Source: Octopus vulgaris (Eukaryota). Taken from it: a stretch of DNA of 64,000 nucleotides. The notes under the pieces are model-generated. The model was not told where the DNA came from. It did not search any database and saw nothing but the letters and a program-made list of their open reading frames with translations. The stretch lies in NCBI GenBank assembly GCA_951406725.2, contig OX597820.1, forward strand, positions 16,058,001-16,122,000, in the 5' to 3' direction. Shown here piece after piece: positions 53,624 through 64,000 of the stretch; position 1 is the stretch's first letter, and the number at the start of each line of letters is the position of its first letter. A program made the position numbers and the translations under genes.

Positions 53624-54362
53624 ATTAAAAGGCAAAGATAAACAGAAGGAGAATAGAGAGAATGTGTAAGGGAAAAAACAGGAAAATGAAAATGTTCAAT
53701 AATTCGATAGTCCTACATTTTAGTGAGGTTCAAAGTTCAATAAATTAGTTGTAGGAAAGACGAGAAGAGAGTGAGTTGAATCTACGGTCTCATAATTAGT
53801 TATTAACATGACTTTCACGTGTCCGTAGGTTCTAACATCTGGTGCTAGCTTTACAAATATTGGAGAATTGACACTTGTTTTTATCTCTGCAGCCACATAA
53901 ATTATTAAGTTTATCTGTGCGTATGTTGTGTTGAGCGGAGTTATTATTTATCAGTTCGTTGTCCGTGTTATTTGAGGGCGAGTTATTAAGGCTGGCATTT
54001 ATTATATCTGTCGATTGGTTGCTATGTTTTATGTTGTTATTTTCCCTAGTTTAATAGTAGGCATCTAGCTTATTGTTGATCGAAGCTATGATAGTGGCCA
54101 GGTTATTAGTTAAGCTATGGCCTACTCTAATTTTATTCTTAAAGATTTCTGAGTATTTGTTATTTAAGTTCTAGTGCTTATCTATAAGTCTCATTATGGA
54201 TTGAACTATGTTTGCTTTAAGCTGCATCGCGAAAGGGATTATTAACCAGATATTATCGCTATTTCGTTTATTTTTAATATTATTATTATTGGTGTAGAAA
54301 CTATCCTCGGTATTCCTGTAGAGTGTTGAGTTATGGTTATGATTATTATATTTCTCTCTATA

Positions 54363-54596
54363 CTCTTACTCTCTCTTTTACTTGTTTCAGTTATTTGACT
54401 GTGGCCATGCTGGAGCACCGCCTTTAGTCGAGCACATCGACCCCACGACTTATTCTTTGTAAGCCTACTACTTATTCTATCGGTCTCTTTTGCCGAACCG
54501 CTAAGTTACGGGGACATAAGCACACCAGCATCGGTTGTCAAGCTATGTTGGGGGGACAAATACAGGCACACAAACATACACACACACACACATACA

Positions 54597-54664
<68 letters not shown>

Positions 54665-54836
54665 CATATATACGACGGGCTTCTTTCAGTTTCCCTCTAC
54701 CAAATCCACTCACAAGGCTTTGGTCGGCCCGAGACTATAGTAGAAGACACTTACCTAAGGTGCCACGCAGTGGGACTGAACCCGGAACCATGTAGTTGGT
54801 AAGCAAGCTACTTACCACACAGCCACTCCTACGCCC
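54363..54836 (-). mobile_element. SINE family A inserted in the PLE
   Basis: Full-length family match. Confidence 0.9.
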
Positions 54837-55500
54837 ATATTAATTTTTATCATTATTACTATCAGTTTTATTAGGGTTATTTATGTACGGTTTATTTAAT
54901 TTATATAGCCTGGTATTATCATTCTAAACTGGGGTTATATTGGGGTCTTTGGGGTTCGTTATTTTTATTATTATTAATATTTAAATTTTTATTATTATTA
55001 GTCATATTAGTATTCTTAATATTATTAATTGTCACACTGCTGGTACTAGTTTTGTTATCATTTTAAATGTTGTTAGTTATCTTAGTATGAACCTTATCAT
55101 TATTCCTACTGATTTTTTTTTTGTTATTATTACTATCAATCTTGTTAATGTTGTTCATATTGTTGTTATGATTGTTAGTGTCATTTGGAGTGTAAGTCGC
55201 TGTTATCATAATTGTCTAGGGCATTTATGTTATTGCGGATATTTGTATAGTGTTCGTGTTCTAGGTCTAGGCATTTGGTTTTTTGCTTATAGCCTGCTTT
55301 TACTAAAGCGCTATTGTAGAATTCCTGGTTGGAAGAAAGGCGAGAAATTCTTTTGCTGATGATTTGTACTAGTCCTCCTTTAATAAAGTTCGGATGGTTA
55401 CTCGATGCGTTTATATATTTAAGGTTTGTATTTGGTTTAATGTAGGGTTCATGTAGTTCCCCTGGCTAGGTCACAGTTAGCGCTTAAGTAGTTTATAGAA

Positions 55501-55994
55501 TTATATTCCTTTTGTATAGTAATAGTTAGGCCAAATTATTAAAAAAAATTTATATAACTTTTTCTTAATCAGTTCTGATCTCCTATTTGAGACGTTTTTC
55601 AGTATAAATAGTGCGTCATTCCTGTATAGCCCAACCCTTATTTCTGGAAATTCTTCCTGTAAATATGCTAATAAGCAAATACGTACTAAGTCAGTTATCT
55701 GTGCTGAATCCGAGGCTCCCATGGTAATATCGAATTTATCAGGGGTGTCTTTCTTTACCCATAGTTTCTTATCGAAATTTATTATGGATTTTCTCGCTTC
55801 TTTATTCATTGTTAGTTCGGTATGATTTTTGGCGAAGATAAGAGCGCTATTAAGGATCGTAGGGTAATAGATAAGTAGTAATCTTCTATGTATATTTTTA
55901 GGAACTTGTAGTTCTTGTTCTGTATTTTGGAGAACCAGTTTAGGACTTCACAGGTGTTGGACCATATTTTAGTCGTTCCGATGATATCTATCAA
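55501..55994 (-). pseudogene. Penelope-like reverse transcriptase fragment (frameshifted)
   Basis: WSNTCEVLNWF..FLKIYIEDYYLSIT and KFDITMGASDSAQITDLV..GLYRNDAL, resembling the FDVTMGSYDGAE / GLYRDDGL type of PLE RT. Confidence 0.85.
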
Positions 55995-56160
55995 TTACAA
56001 CGAGGTAAATACGAATTTAACCCAGCATGATATACTGAAACAGCTGTAAGCTTACTCTAACATAATCTCATCTGAATTAATTAAACAATGGCTTTATAAC
56101 ACCGAAGATCAACTTCTCATTGTTATTTATTTCTCCATTTTCTTATCGTCTTTATAAATA

Positions 56161-56204
<44 letters not shown>

Positions 56205-56620
56205 TTCTTTTATTTGTTTCAGTGATTTAACTGCTGCCATGCTGGACCACCGCCTTTAGTTGAACAAATTGGATGCCAGGACTCATTCTATGTAAGCCTA
56301 GTACTTATTCTATCAGTTTCTTTTACCGAACCGCTAAGCTGCGGGGACGTAAACATACCAACATCGGTTGTCAGGCGATAGTGGTTGGACAAACACAGAC
56401 ACACAAACAAGTGGCTACTAAACAAGCTACTTACCACACACCCACTTCATATATATATACGACGGGTTCCTTCCAGTTTCCGTCTATCAAATCCACTCAG
56501 AAGGCTTTGGTTAGCCCGAGACTATAGTAGGAGACACTTGCTCAACGTGCTACGCAATGGGACGGAACCCGGATTCGTGTGGTTGGGAAGCAAACTCCTT
56601 ACCATGCAGCCACTGCTGTG
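56205..56620 (-). mobile_element. SINE A pieces (internally deleted copy plus 5' half of the copy whose 3' half is at 53003-53240)
   Basis: Family match; order of halves. Confidence 0.7.
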
Positions 56621-57719
56621 CTTAGTTCCTTACGAAACTCATTAAAACTATCTATATATACACATCCATATTATCATTAAGATTCTAAAAAAGATAGAAA
56701 TAGGAAGAACTAAAAATATAATTTAAGAACAAGTTTTATTAACCAAAGGAAATACAAGTATCGTAAACCCAGTAAAATAAAATGTACTGTATTTTTGAGA
56801 AGCAATGAGCCATTTTTAGACTCCGTGAGAACATTCCTTTGATGACAGTTAATTAATTAATAGAAATTTGTACAAATTCTCTTGATTCTAATTAACGACA
56901 CATTTGTCTTTTCTGTTTTTTTTTCTGGGTGCAGGTTGTTTGACAGTTCCGGTTATTTGAGTGCCGGATTGGAGCGAGTTTACTACAATTTACTTATTAT
57001 TTACCACGTAAGTAGTCAACTGTCTTCCAATGGAGAGTACATGTAACTCAGACAATCCATCATCGACCCTTATAGAACTTTATAAACTTAAACTTGCTCA
57101 AGGTCCGTTCCCCAACTTTGCTCGTTGTTAGTAATTTTAGGAAAACTGTTCTCCAATGACGACAAGTTACACCAAGCATAATGCACCTCATTTGGGATCA
57201 TAGATTTAAATACATTGTCAATAGTCAGCTTCACAACAATGGAATTTGCCATACTGCAAGTTTTAATTATTTCTTTGTATATATATTTGAATAAATGAGG
57301 AACACATAGGCTTCCAGTTTAAGTGCTGATGGCCTCTGAATGCGTAAGGACGAAAAAATTCTAATTTGTTCACATTACTTGCGTTAACAAAATGTTTTGG
57401 ACCCTAAGCGCTAAATTTCGAAGCAACACTTTTAAACTGCTCAAATCTTTTACTTGAGTTATCTACATTGGGTTGTCAGATAAATTCGTTCGTTTCTTTC
57501 CACTGTATTTTGAATTAGCACAAAAAATATTCCTATTGTATTACATATCGATTGCTGGTAGGGACACCGGATTTCGTTTAACAATCACGAGATTAAAAAT
57601 ATAAAATAGCGATAATTTACCCATCGCGTCCTGTATATATGTGAGTGTGTAAATTTTGTGTGTGTGTGTGAGTGTACATTTCTGTGTATAAGCAAATGAC
57701 AACAGATAAATTGTTGTTC

Positions 57720-57808
57720 ACTCATTACAGCTGTTTCGGACATGATTTTTTATTGATGAATAGAATTATTACATCATGTGAAAAAATACTGTTTTCATCA
57801 GGTGAATA
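57720..57808 (-). ncRNA. Hammerhead ribozyme motif (PLE type)
   Basis: ttcac-CTGATGA-aaaca..tgtcc-GAAACAGCTGT-A-atgag. Confidence 0.6.
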
Positions 57809-57984
57809 TATGTACGAATTAAGAATTTCAAAACATTTTAAAATCCAAGTGAGTACCATTCCATGATTCTCTTCCAAACGTCGGTCAGAGAACGATTAAA
57901 TTCCTCTATTTTGTAGTTAATAAAAGAGAAGCCTTTAGGTGACTGGAAAGCAGAGGGAAGCGAAAAGTTGGGAATTTTTTTTTC

Positions 57985-58138
57985 TTTCTTTAGACATTTC
58001 CATTTCTCCTTTCCGACGAATAGCTATGCTCGAAACACCAAACTCTCTCCTATCACCGAGCGTCAAACTAATACATTTCTTGTGCTCGTCCTCATGTTGT
58101 CCATTTTTATTCTTTTTTCATTTTACTATTTTAATTGA

Positions 58139-58140
<2 letters not shown>
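57985..58140 (+). mobile_element. H1-related element with decayed HHR
   Basis: CCGACGA-atagc-tat-gctc-GAAACACC; ccgagcgtcaaactaatac. Confidence 0.5.
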
Positions 58141-58186
<46 letters not shown>

Positions 58187-58209
58187 GTATGTATATATAT
58201 ATATATACG

Positions 58210-58585
58210 CTTTTACCTATTTCAGTCATTTGACTGTGGCCATGCTGGAACACCGCCTTTAGTCTAGCAAATCGACCCCAGTACTTATTCTATCGGCCAC
58301 TTTTGCCGAACCGCTAAGTTACAGGGACGTAAACAAACCAGCTTCGGTTGTCAAGTGATGTTGTGGGGACAAACACAGACACACAAACATACACACACAC
58401 ACACATATATATACATATATATGATGGGCTTCTTTCAGTTTCCGTCTACCAAATCCACTCACAAGGCTTTGGTCGGCCCGAGGCTATAGTAGAAGACACT
58501 TGCCCAAGGTTCCACGCAGTGGGACTGAACCCGGAACCATGTGGTTGGTAAGCAAGCTACTTACCACACAGCTCCTCCTACGCCT
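58210..58585 (-). mobile_element. SINE family A
   Basis: Family match. Confidence 0.9.
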
Positions 58586-59094
58586 ATTAATACATATATA
58601 CGCCTATACATACATATATATACACGTATGAGTTTAGATGTTACAGGTTTCACGATGCGTGTGTGAATCTGTCAGGTATTCCGCATGTACGTCAATAATC
58701 TTATACATTGCTACTGTGTCATCTTCGTTTCTTAGACGACAATCTTCTGAAGTGACTGCGTCTTGTGGGCCCCACTCTCATCATCTTAACAACCAGCTGC
58801 AGCAGCCCCAGGATATTGTCATAAACCCCTAGACCGAAAGAAGGTACAAGTAAGTTTTTATAAGATTCTACGTCAGATGTAACTCTAACGACTTGGGGAT
58901 CGTCTCCACTTTCTGGACCGAAGGGCGGGAACACGTTTCCAGAGGACCCTCTTCTAATGATGCGAACATCTTATACTTTTCAGATGAAAAAATATATGTA
59001 CAATCTCCGATATTTTACCGATTTTGTTTTTCTCGATTTGCAGACTCTTTCATCTTTTCTCTTACCCAGAGTTTTTTTTTTTTACAATTTTTCC

Positions 59095-59332
59095 GAAGGC
59101 GCATGGCTTAGTGGTTAGGGTGTTGCACACACAAGCGTATGATAGTGGTTTCGATTCCCAGACCGGGCGTGCATTATTTTCTTCGTTTCACGTTGCACCG
59201 GTTTCCTTAGCCGTTTAAATACCAACTCGATGGCGGATTGATGTCCTGTACAGTGGAAAATATTGTGATTTCGGTCACTTCTAGGCCATGAAAGTGAGTA
59301 ACTGGCCCTATGAGTCCTAGAACTCGAGAAAG
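59095..59332 (+). mobile_element. Old SINE C head with V-domain-like tail
   Basis: ggcgcatggcttagtggttaggg..tttcgattcccagaccgggc; ..ccatgaaag..ggccctatgag. Confidence 0.6.
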
Positions 59333-59769
59333 TAAGGTCTAGGGGTTCACACTTTTTTCATAGCATTCCGTATTTTGATAAATCAACAACGATTTTTCTT
59401 ACATTCTTAGCAACAGACATGAGAGAACATCCTCATCATAAACTGAAAAAGCGATTTAAATGTTCCTTTTACAATATTTAACGGACACAAGCCTACAATA
59501 AAAAGCTGATAAATTACTTTCAGATGTTTTATGTGTGATTCTGCTATACCGAGGAGATCATAAAACAATAGTGTTTATTTATGTCACAACAGACATAAAT
59601 AAACACAGTTTGCATGTCAAAAATATATTACAATCATTTGAAACGGAGCAATAATGTTTGATTCCTCCGTGACTGTCGCTTATAAACAAACAACTTGCAT
59701 TTACGCACGCTAATTTCGAGCACTTAACACGACATATTTTAAGTGTAATATAGTAATGTGTGTGTGTGT

Positions 59770-59930
59770 GTGGATCGTTGGCGATGTTTTTTCTTCCGTC
59801 TTCCTTTTTCTCTTGGACTTTCCTCCATCTCCTGTTTCTGACGAAGAGCTTTGCTCGAAGTGTTAAACTACCTTTCTTTCCTTGCCTGAACGTTATTGCT
59901 TTTCCTTGTATTTGTTCTTCGTTGTTTTTA
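59770..59930 (+). mobile_element. H1 element with decayed HHR
   Basis: atcgttggcgat start as at 1671; gttt-CTGACGA-agagctttgctc-GAAGTGTT-aaac. Confidence 0.65.
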
Positions 59931-59957
59931 AATTTTACTTATACATACATACATACA

Positions 59958-59991
<34 letters not shown>

Positions 59992-59992
<1 letters not shown>

Positions 59993-60765
59993 TAGACTAC
60001 ACCTGACCCGTTGGGGCACCGGAGAAGTCTGAGTTTCCCAGCAAAGGATTTTTGTATTGTGGGTTTTTCTTTTCCATGTTATTTCGCATGCTTTCAACGA
60101 ACGTGATATCGAAATCACGCATTAACGGTTCGTTTCCCCAGAAAAGGAAAGATTTGGCTGCTGCCACGTAACAGGTATTTCGGGTCTTTTATCACAAATA
60201 GCCATTACGTGGTAGCAGGTCATGCAAGAAATAGCAGCCAAATTTTGGAGGTTTAGATACATTTAATGCACTCGAAAGAAACCTATGGAAAATAAACTAT
60301 TTCACACCGAGATTACGAGCGGGTCTTTTACGAAATATTTACCATATTTTTAAAGTCATTTTCACTTGAAAATATTTTCCCATCATAATGTGTCTAATAG
60401 AAAGGTTAGATTTTCTTCCCTTTCAGGTTTAAATAATTTACGGAGTATTTTCCCATTATGCACCATTTTGGGCATTTTTATCCCCAAACTGTAAATATCT
60501 AAATAACTACTGGTCCAATTTACGCGAAACATGTTTTATTCCGTTCGTATATTCACATTTCAGGGGCTTTTTTTACTTTCAAAGTATTTTCCCATTATGC
60601 GCCAGTTTGGATGTGTAACATTGCAAGTATGCAAGCAAGATTGAACTTCACTTTTAATGTATTATATTCATACATACATACATACATACATAATACATAC
60701 ATACATAAAGATAAACTTACTTGGAAATGGATGCGTGACGTTCAATCATATAATAGTATAAATGA
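59992..60765 (-). mobile_element. Non-autonomous Helitron-like element
   Basis: Minus 5' a|TCatttatactattata, internal (TATG)n, 3' hairpin ccggtgccccaacggg about 10 nt before CTAA|t; inserted between A and T. Confidence 0.45.
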
Positions 60766-60929
60766 TATATATGTATATACGCATATACTTTTTTGCGAAC
60801 AACGAAAGAAACACATGGACAACAAGACAGGTAACATAAAGAATGACCCTTCATCAGTTGTCGGCTGTTTATCTACATCCACACATACACACACACACAC
60901 ACATACACTCTCACACACACATATATATA

Positions 60930-61147
60930 TTCTTTTATTCTTCTATTTGTTTCAGTCATTTGACTGCGGCCATGCTGGAGTACCGCCTTTAGTCAAACAA
61001 ATCGACCTCAAGACTTATTCTTTGTAAACCTAGCACTTTTTCAATAGGTCTCTTTTGCCGAACCGCTAGGTTACGGGGACATAGACACGCCAACATCGGT
61101 TGTCAAGTGATGGTGGGGGGACAAACATAGACAAGCATATACACATG

Positions 61148-61221
<74 letters not shown>

Positions 61222-61385
61222 TACGACGGGCTTCTTTCAGTTTCCGTCTACCAAATCCACTCACAAGGCTTTGGTTAGTCCAAAGCTATAGTAGGAGACA
61301 CTTGCCCAAGCTGCCACGCAGTGGGACTGAACCCGGAACCATGTGGTTAGTACGGAAGCTACTTACCACACATCCACTCCTGCTC
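60930..61385 (-). mobile_element. SINE family A
   Basis: Family match. Confidence 0.88.
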
Positions 61386-61411
61386 CTATAAAACAACTTA
61401 AAAGATAAGCA

Positions 61412-61487
61412 CGCTGCTCCAGCGAATCGAACCCTCTACTAACAAAATTCCGGCTGAAAGCTTTGTACCATTAAGCTAAGTGGTCCC
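61412..61487 (-). pseudogene. tRNA-like relic (A and B boxes)
   Basis: Minus: TAGCTTAATGG..GGTTCGATTC; no convincing cloverleaf. Confidence 0.4.
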
Positions 61488-61504
61488 TTATGATAACAAT
61501 AATA

Positions 61505-61900
61505 ATCCTTTCTACTAAAGGCACAAGGCCTGAAAATTTGGGGGAGGTTTCTAGTCAATTACATCAACCTCAGTGTTTCACTGGTACTTAATCTATCGAC
61601 CCCGAAAGGATGAAAGACAAAGTCTACCTCGGCAGAATTTGAACTCAGAACACAAAGGCAGACGAAATACTGCGAAGCATTTCGCCCGGCATGCTAACGT
61701 TTTCTGCCAATCCTTTCTACTAAAGGCACAAGGACTGAAATTTTGGGGGAGGGGACTAGTCGGGTACATAACTCCCAGTGTTTCACTGGTACTTAATCTA
61801 TCGACCCCGAAAGGATGAAAGATAAAGTCTACCTCGACGGAATTTGAACTCAGAACGTAAGGACGGACGAAATACTACGTGCTAACGGTTCTGGCAACTC
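61505..61900 (-). mobile_element. SINE family B variant dimer
   Basis: Two tandem units aatcctttctactaaaggcacaagg..gacgaaatact. Confidence 0.8.
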
Positions 61901-61906
61901 ACTGAT

Positions 61907-61961
<55 letters not shown>

Positions 61962-61965
<4 letters not shown>

Positions 61966-62065
61966 CCCAAATATATGGCACAGAACTCCCAACCTGTTGT
62001 CTCTTGAGGTCTCTGGGTGAGACTTGGCGCCAACTTGTACAGACATAAAGCAAAAGTCAAACATA

Positions 62066-62068
<3 letters not shown>
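61962..62068 (+). mobile_element. R4/Dong-like 3' UTR fragment in (TAA)n
   Basis: Reverse complement of 47121-47245; (TAA)n on both sides. Confidence 0.6.
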
Positions 62069-62146
<78 letters not shown>

Positions 62147-62901
62147 TAATAATAATAATAATATTGACCTGATGTAGTACTAGGCAGTGGCTCTCATGGC
62201 TTCTCATCTTAACTGATTGGAAGTGTTATCATGTATATAGTCTTGTCTTGGTATAAAAGATGGGCAACAGTAAATATTCTGCTCAATACCACAGATTTGC
62301 TTGTCAGCTGTTTGACAGTAACCAGTTGAGCAAGTCCCTTGGTGGCTGACGATATGTGCATCTCTGATCACGAGCAGAAGTAGTGCTGGCCTTGTACTAA
62401 AATTTGAAATCGTTTTTACTTGCAATGCTAAATAGCATTTTATTTACGTTATGAGTTGAGTTCAAATTCTTATGCAAATCCAAATTATCTTTCCTACTCT
62501 CGAGGTCGGTAAAATATTTATTTGTCAATTTAACCACGTGTACCGGCCCGTTTCCTTCAAATGTGCATCCTTGTGCCAATCAGTATTGTACACACCATCC
62601 TTCCTTCCTAGACCCCCTCCTCCTCTTGATTCCTTGTCTTTTTATGGACGACATATTCCTTATTCTTATTCTTTCTAGTATCTCTCCTCTCTACCATTTC
62701 CACCTCCATTTTTTTCTTCACTCATTGTTTTTTTTCTTTCTCATTTTATTTATTAATGTTTCCGAATCTATTCAACAATTATTTTAACATTTTAAATATT
62801 CTTATCATTATCTCATCTCTCCCACCACATCTGATTCTCTCTCTCTCTCTCTCTCTCTCCCTCTTTCTCTATCTATTTATCTATTTATGTATGTATGTAT
62901 G

Positions 62902-62962
<61 letters not shown>

Positions 62963-62964
62963 GA

Positions 62965-63036
<72 letters not shown>

Positions 63037-63145
63037 ATCTATCTACGTCATAATGTTTTTCCTTCGGCTAAAAAGAAAGAAACCGACATCTGTCAAGGAA
63101 ACGTGTCTTCTGCAGAATTGATATGTAGATATATAGGGATAGATA

Positions 63146-64000
63146 GATACTTTGATACTTTGATACTTTGATAGGTTTCGGCCATTATTGGCCCAGGCCA
63201 TGTCTAACTTAATAGCACCACCTGGTGAAGTCTTTCAAGTCAGAATTTGGGCACTATGGCCCACTCAAGTAGAGAGTTATTGTTTACAGAGACATATCCG
63301 GGTGTAGGGGGTTTATCCGGGATTTCTTGAAGGAATCTGTCCAAAGACTTCTTGAACCCTATAGGGTCAGTTTCTGTTTTAATGTGTTTTGGTGTAATGT
63401 TAAAGAGAGCGGGGCCAATTGAGGTGAAATAATTGTGCCGTATTGTTGTTATGAGATGAGAGTGCGATTTTTGTTTTGGGCGGATGGCACGGGGCCCAAG
63501 CCTTGGATGTACCTTAAAGGTGATGCCAACATCATTTGGGCAATGCTGATGGAATATTTTCCACATCATGCAGATGATGTAGCGCTCACGACGACGTTGG
63601 AGAGAATAAAGTTTTAGCTTTTCTAGTCGACCCCAATAGTCGAGGCCTGTCATGCCATCTATCTTTCTTGTGATTGCCCTTTGAGGTGCTTCAACTTTTA
63701 TGATACTTTGTATTGTGTGGAGAGACCACAGTGGACAACAGTATTCAAGGTGGGGTCGGGCAAAAGTGGAGAAGAGAAGGATAATGGTGTGGATATCTCT
63801 CGACTGGAAAGTTCTGAGAATCCAGGAACACATTCTGCGGGCCATGTCAACTTTGGTGTTTATATGAGTGGCCCAGCTTATGTTGTTGTCCACAATTACT
63901 CCCAAATCTCTGATGTTGTTGGACGCCGCGAGAGTTTCACCTGAAGGAAGGGAGTATGGGAGTTTCAGGGCATCCTCTTTTCCAAAGTGGATTAACTCAA
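63146..64000 (-). mobile_element. CR1-clade LINE 3' portion
   Basis: Short 3' UTR ending in (AAAGTATC)3 at 63146-63173; ORF2 C-terminus. Confidence 0.9.
63240..63998 (-). CDS. LINE ORF2 (reverse transcriptase) C-terminal part, open to the window edge
   Basis: ELIHFG..IRDLGVIVDNNISWATHI..RPHLEYCCPLWS..YWGRLEKLKLYSLQRRRER..FKKSLDRFL; no stops in ~250 codons. Confidence 0.88.
   Translation of the reverse strand, partial: ELIHFGKEDALKLPYSLPSGETLAASNNIRDLGVIVDNNISWATHINTKVDMARRMCSWILRTFQSRDIHTIILLFSTFARPHLEYCCPLWSLHTIQSIIKVEAPQRAITRKIDGMTGLDYWGRLEKLKLYSLQRRRERYIICMMWKIFHQHCPNDVGITFKVHPRLGPRAIRPKQKSHSHLITTIRHNYFTSIGPALFNITPKHIKTETDPIGFKKSLDRFLQEIPDKPPTPGYVSVNNNSLLEWAIVPKF

Larger units (their letters stand above)
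53440..56157 (-). mobile_element. Penelope-like element with inverted ~190-bp pseudo-LTRs, decayed RT, HHR in both repeats
   Basis: 53441-53630 is inverted to 55966-56155; RT motifs FDITMGASDSAQITDLV and GLYRND; IWLIIPF..IDKH; CGCRDKNKC linker. Confidence 0.88.
52077..56985. mobile_element. Old Tc1/pogo(Tigger)-like non-autonomous element hosting nested insertions
   Basis: Left gtaaactcccaactatccgacacc vs right (reverse complement) gtaaactcgctccaatccggcact. Confidence 0.5.

Noticed and set aside
58736-58849. 114-nt candidate exon (ttcgtttcttag ... gtaagt)
   Set aside because: Stop codons in all three frames; no other support

Overview
AT-rich, microsatellite-saturated animal genomic DNA. 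Its SINE families and repeat landscape resemble Octopus (coleoid cephalopod); this is an inference from family recognition. No host protein-coding exon could be supported, and nearly all ORFs in the track are translations of microsatellites or SINEs. Real coding remnants are all retroelements: a CR1-clade LINE ORF2 3' part still open at the window end (63240-64000, -), a short CR1 3' fragment, a decayed R4/Dong-type element, and a decayed Penelope-like element (PLE) with inverted pseudo-LTRs. There are about 45 tRNA-derived SINE copies of three families, plus hAT, Tc1/pogo-type and Helitron-like non-autonomous elements. The main unexplained signal is about 14 type-I hammerhead ribozyme (HHR) motifs, roughly 7 with intact CTGANGA/GAAA core and cleavable triplet. 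They belong to several unrelated small non-coding PLE/retrozyme-like families: two ~500-nt monomer-plus-partial-repeat units, hairpin elements, and a tRNA-headed (Pol III) element with an HHR tail. Several sit in the internal (TA)n tract of SINEs. All coordinates were read by eye and may be off by a few bases.
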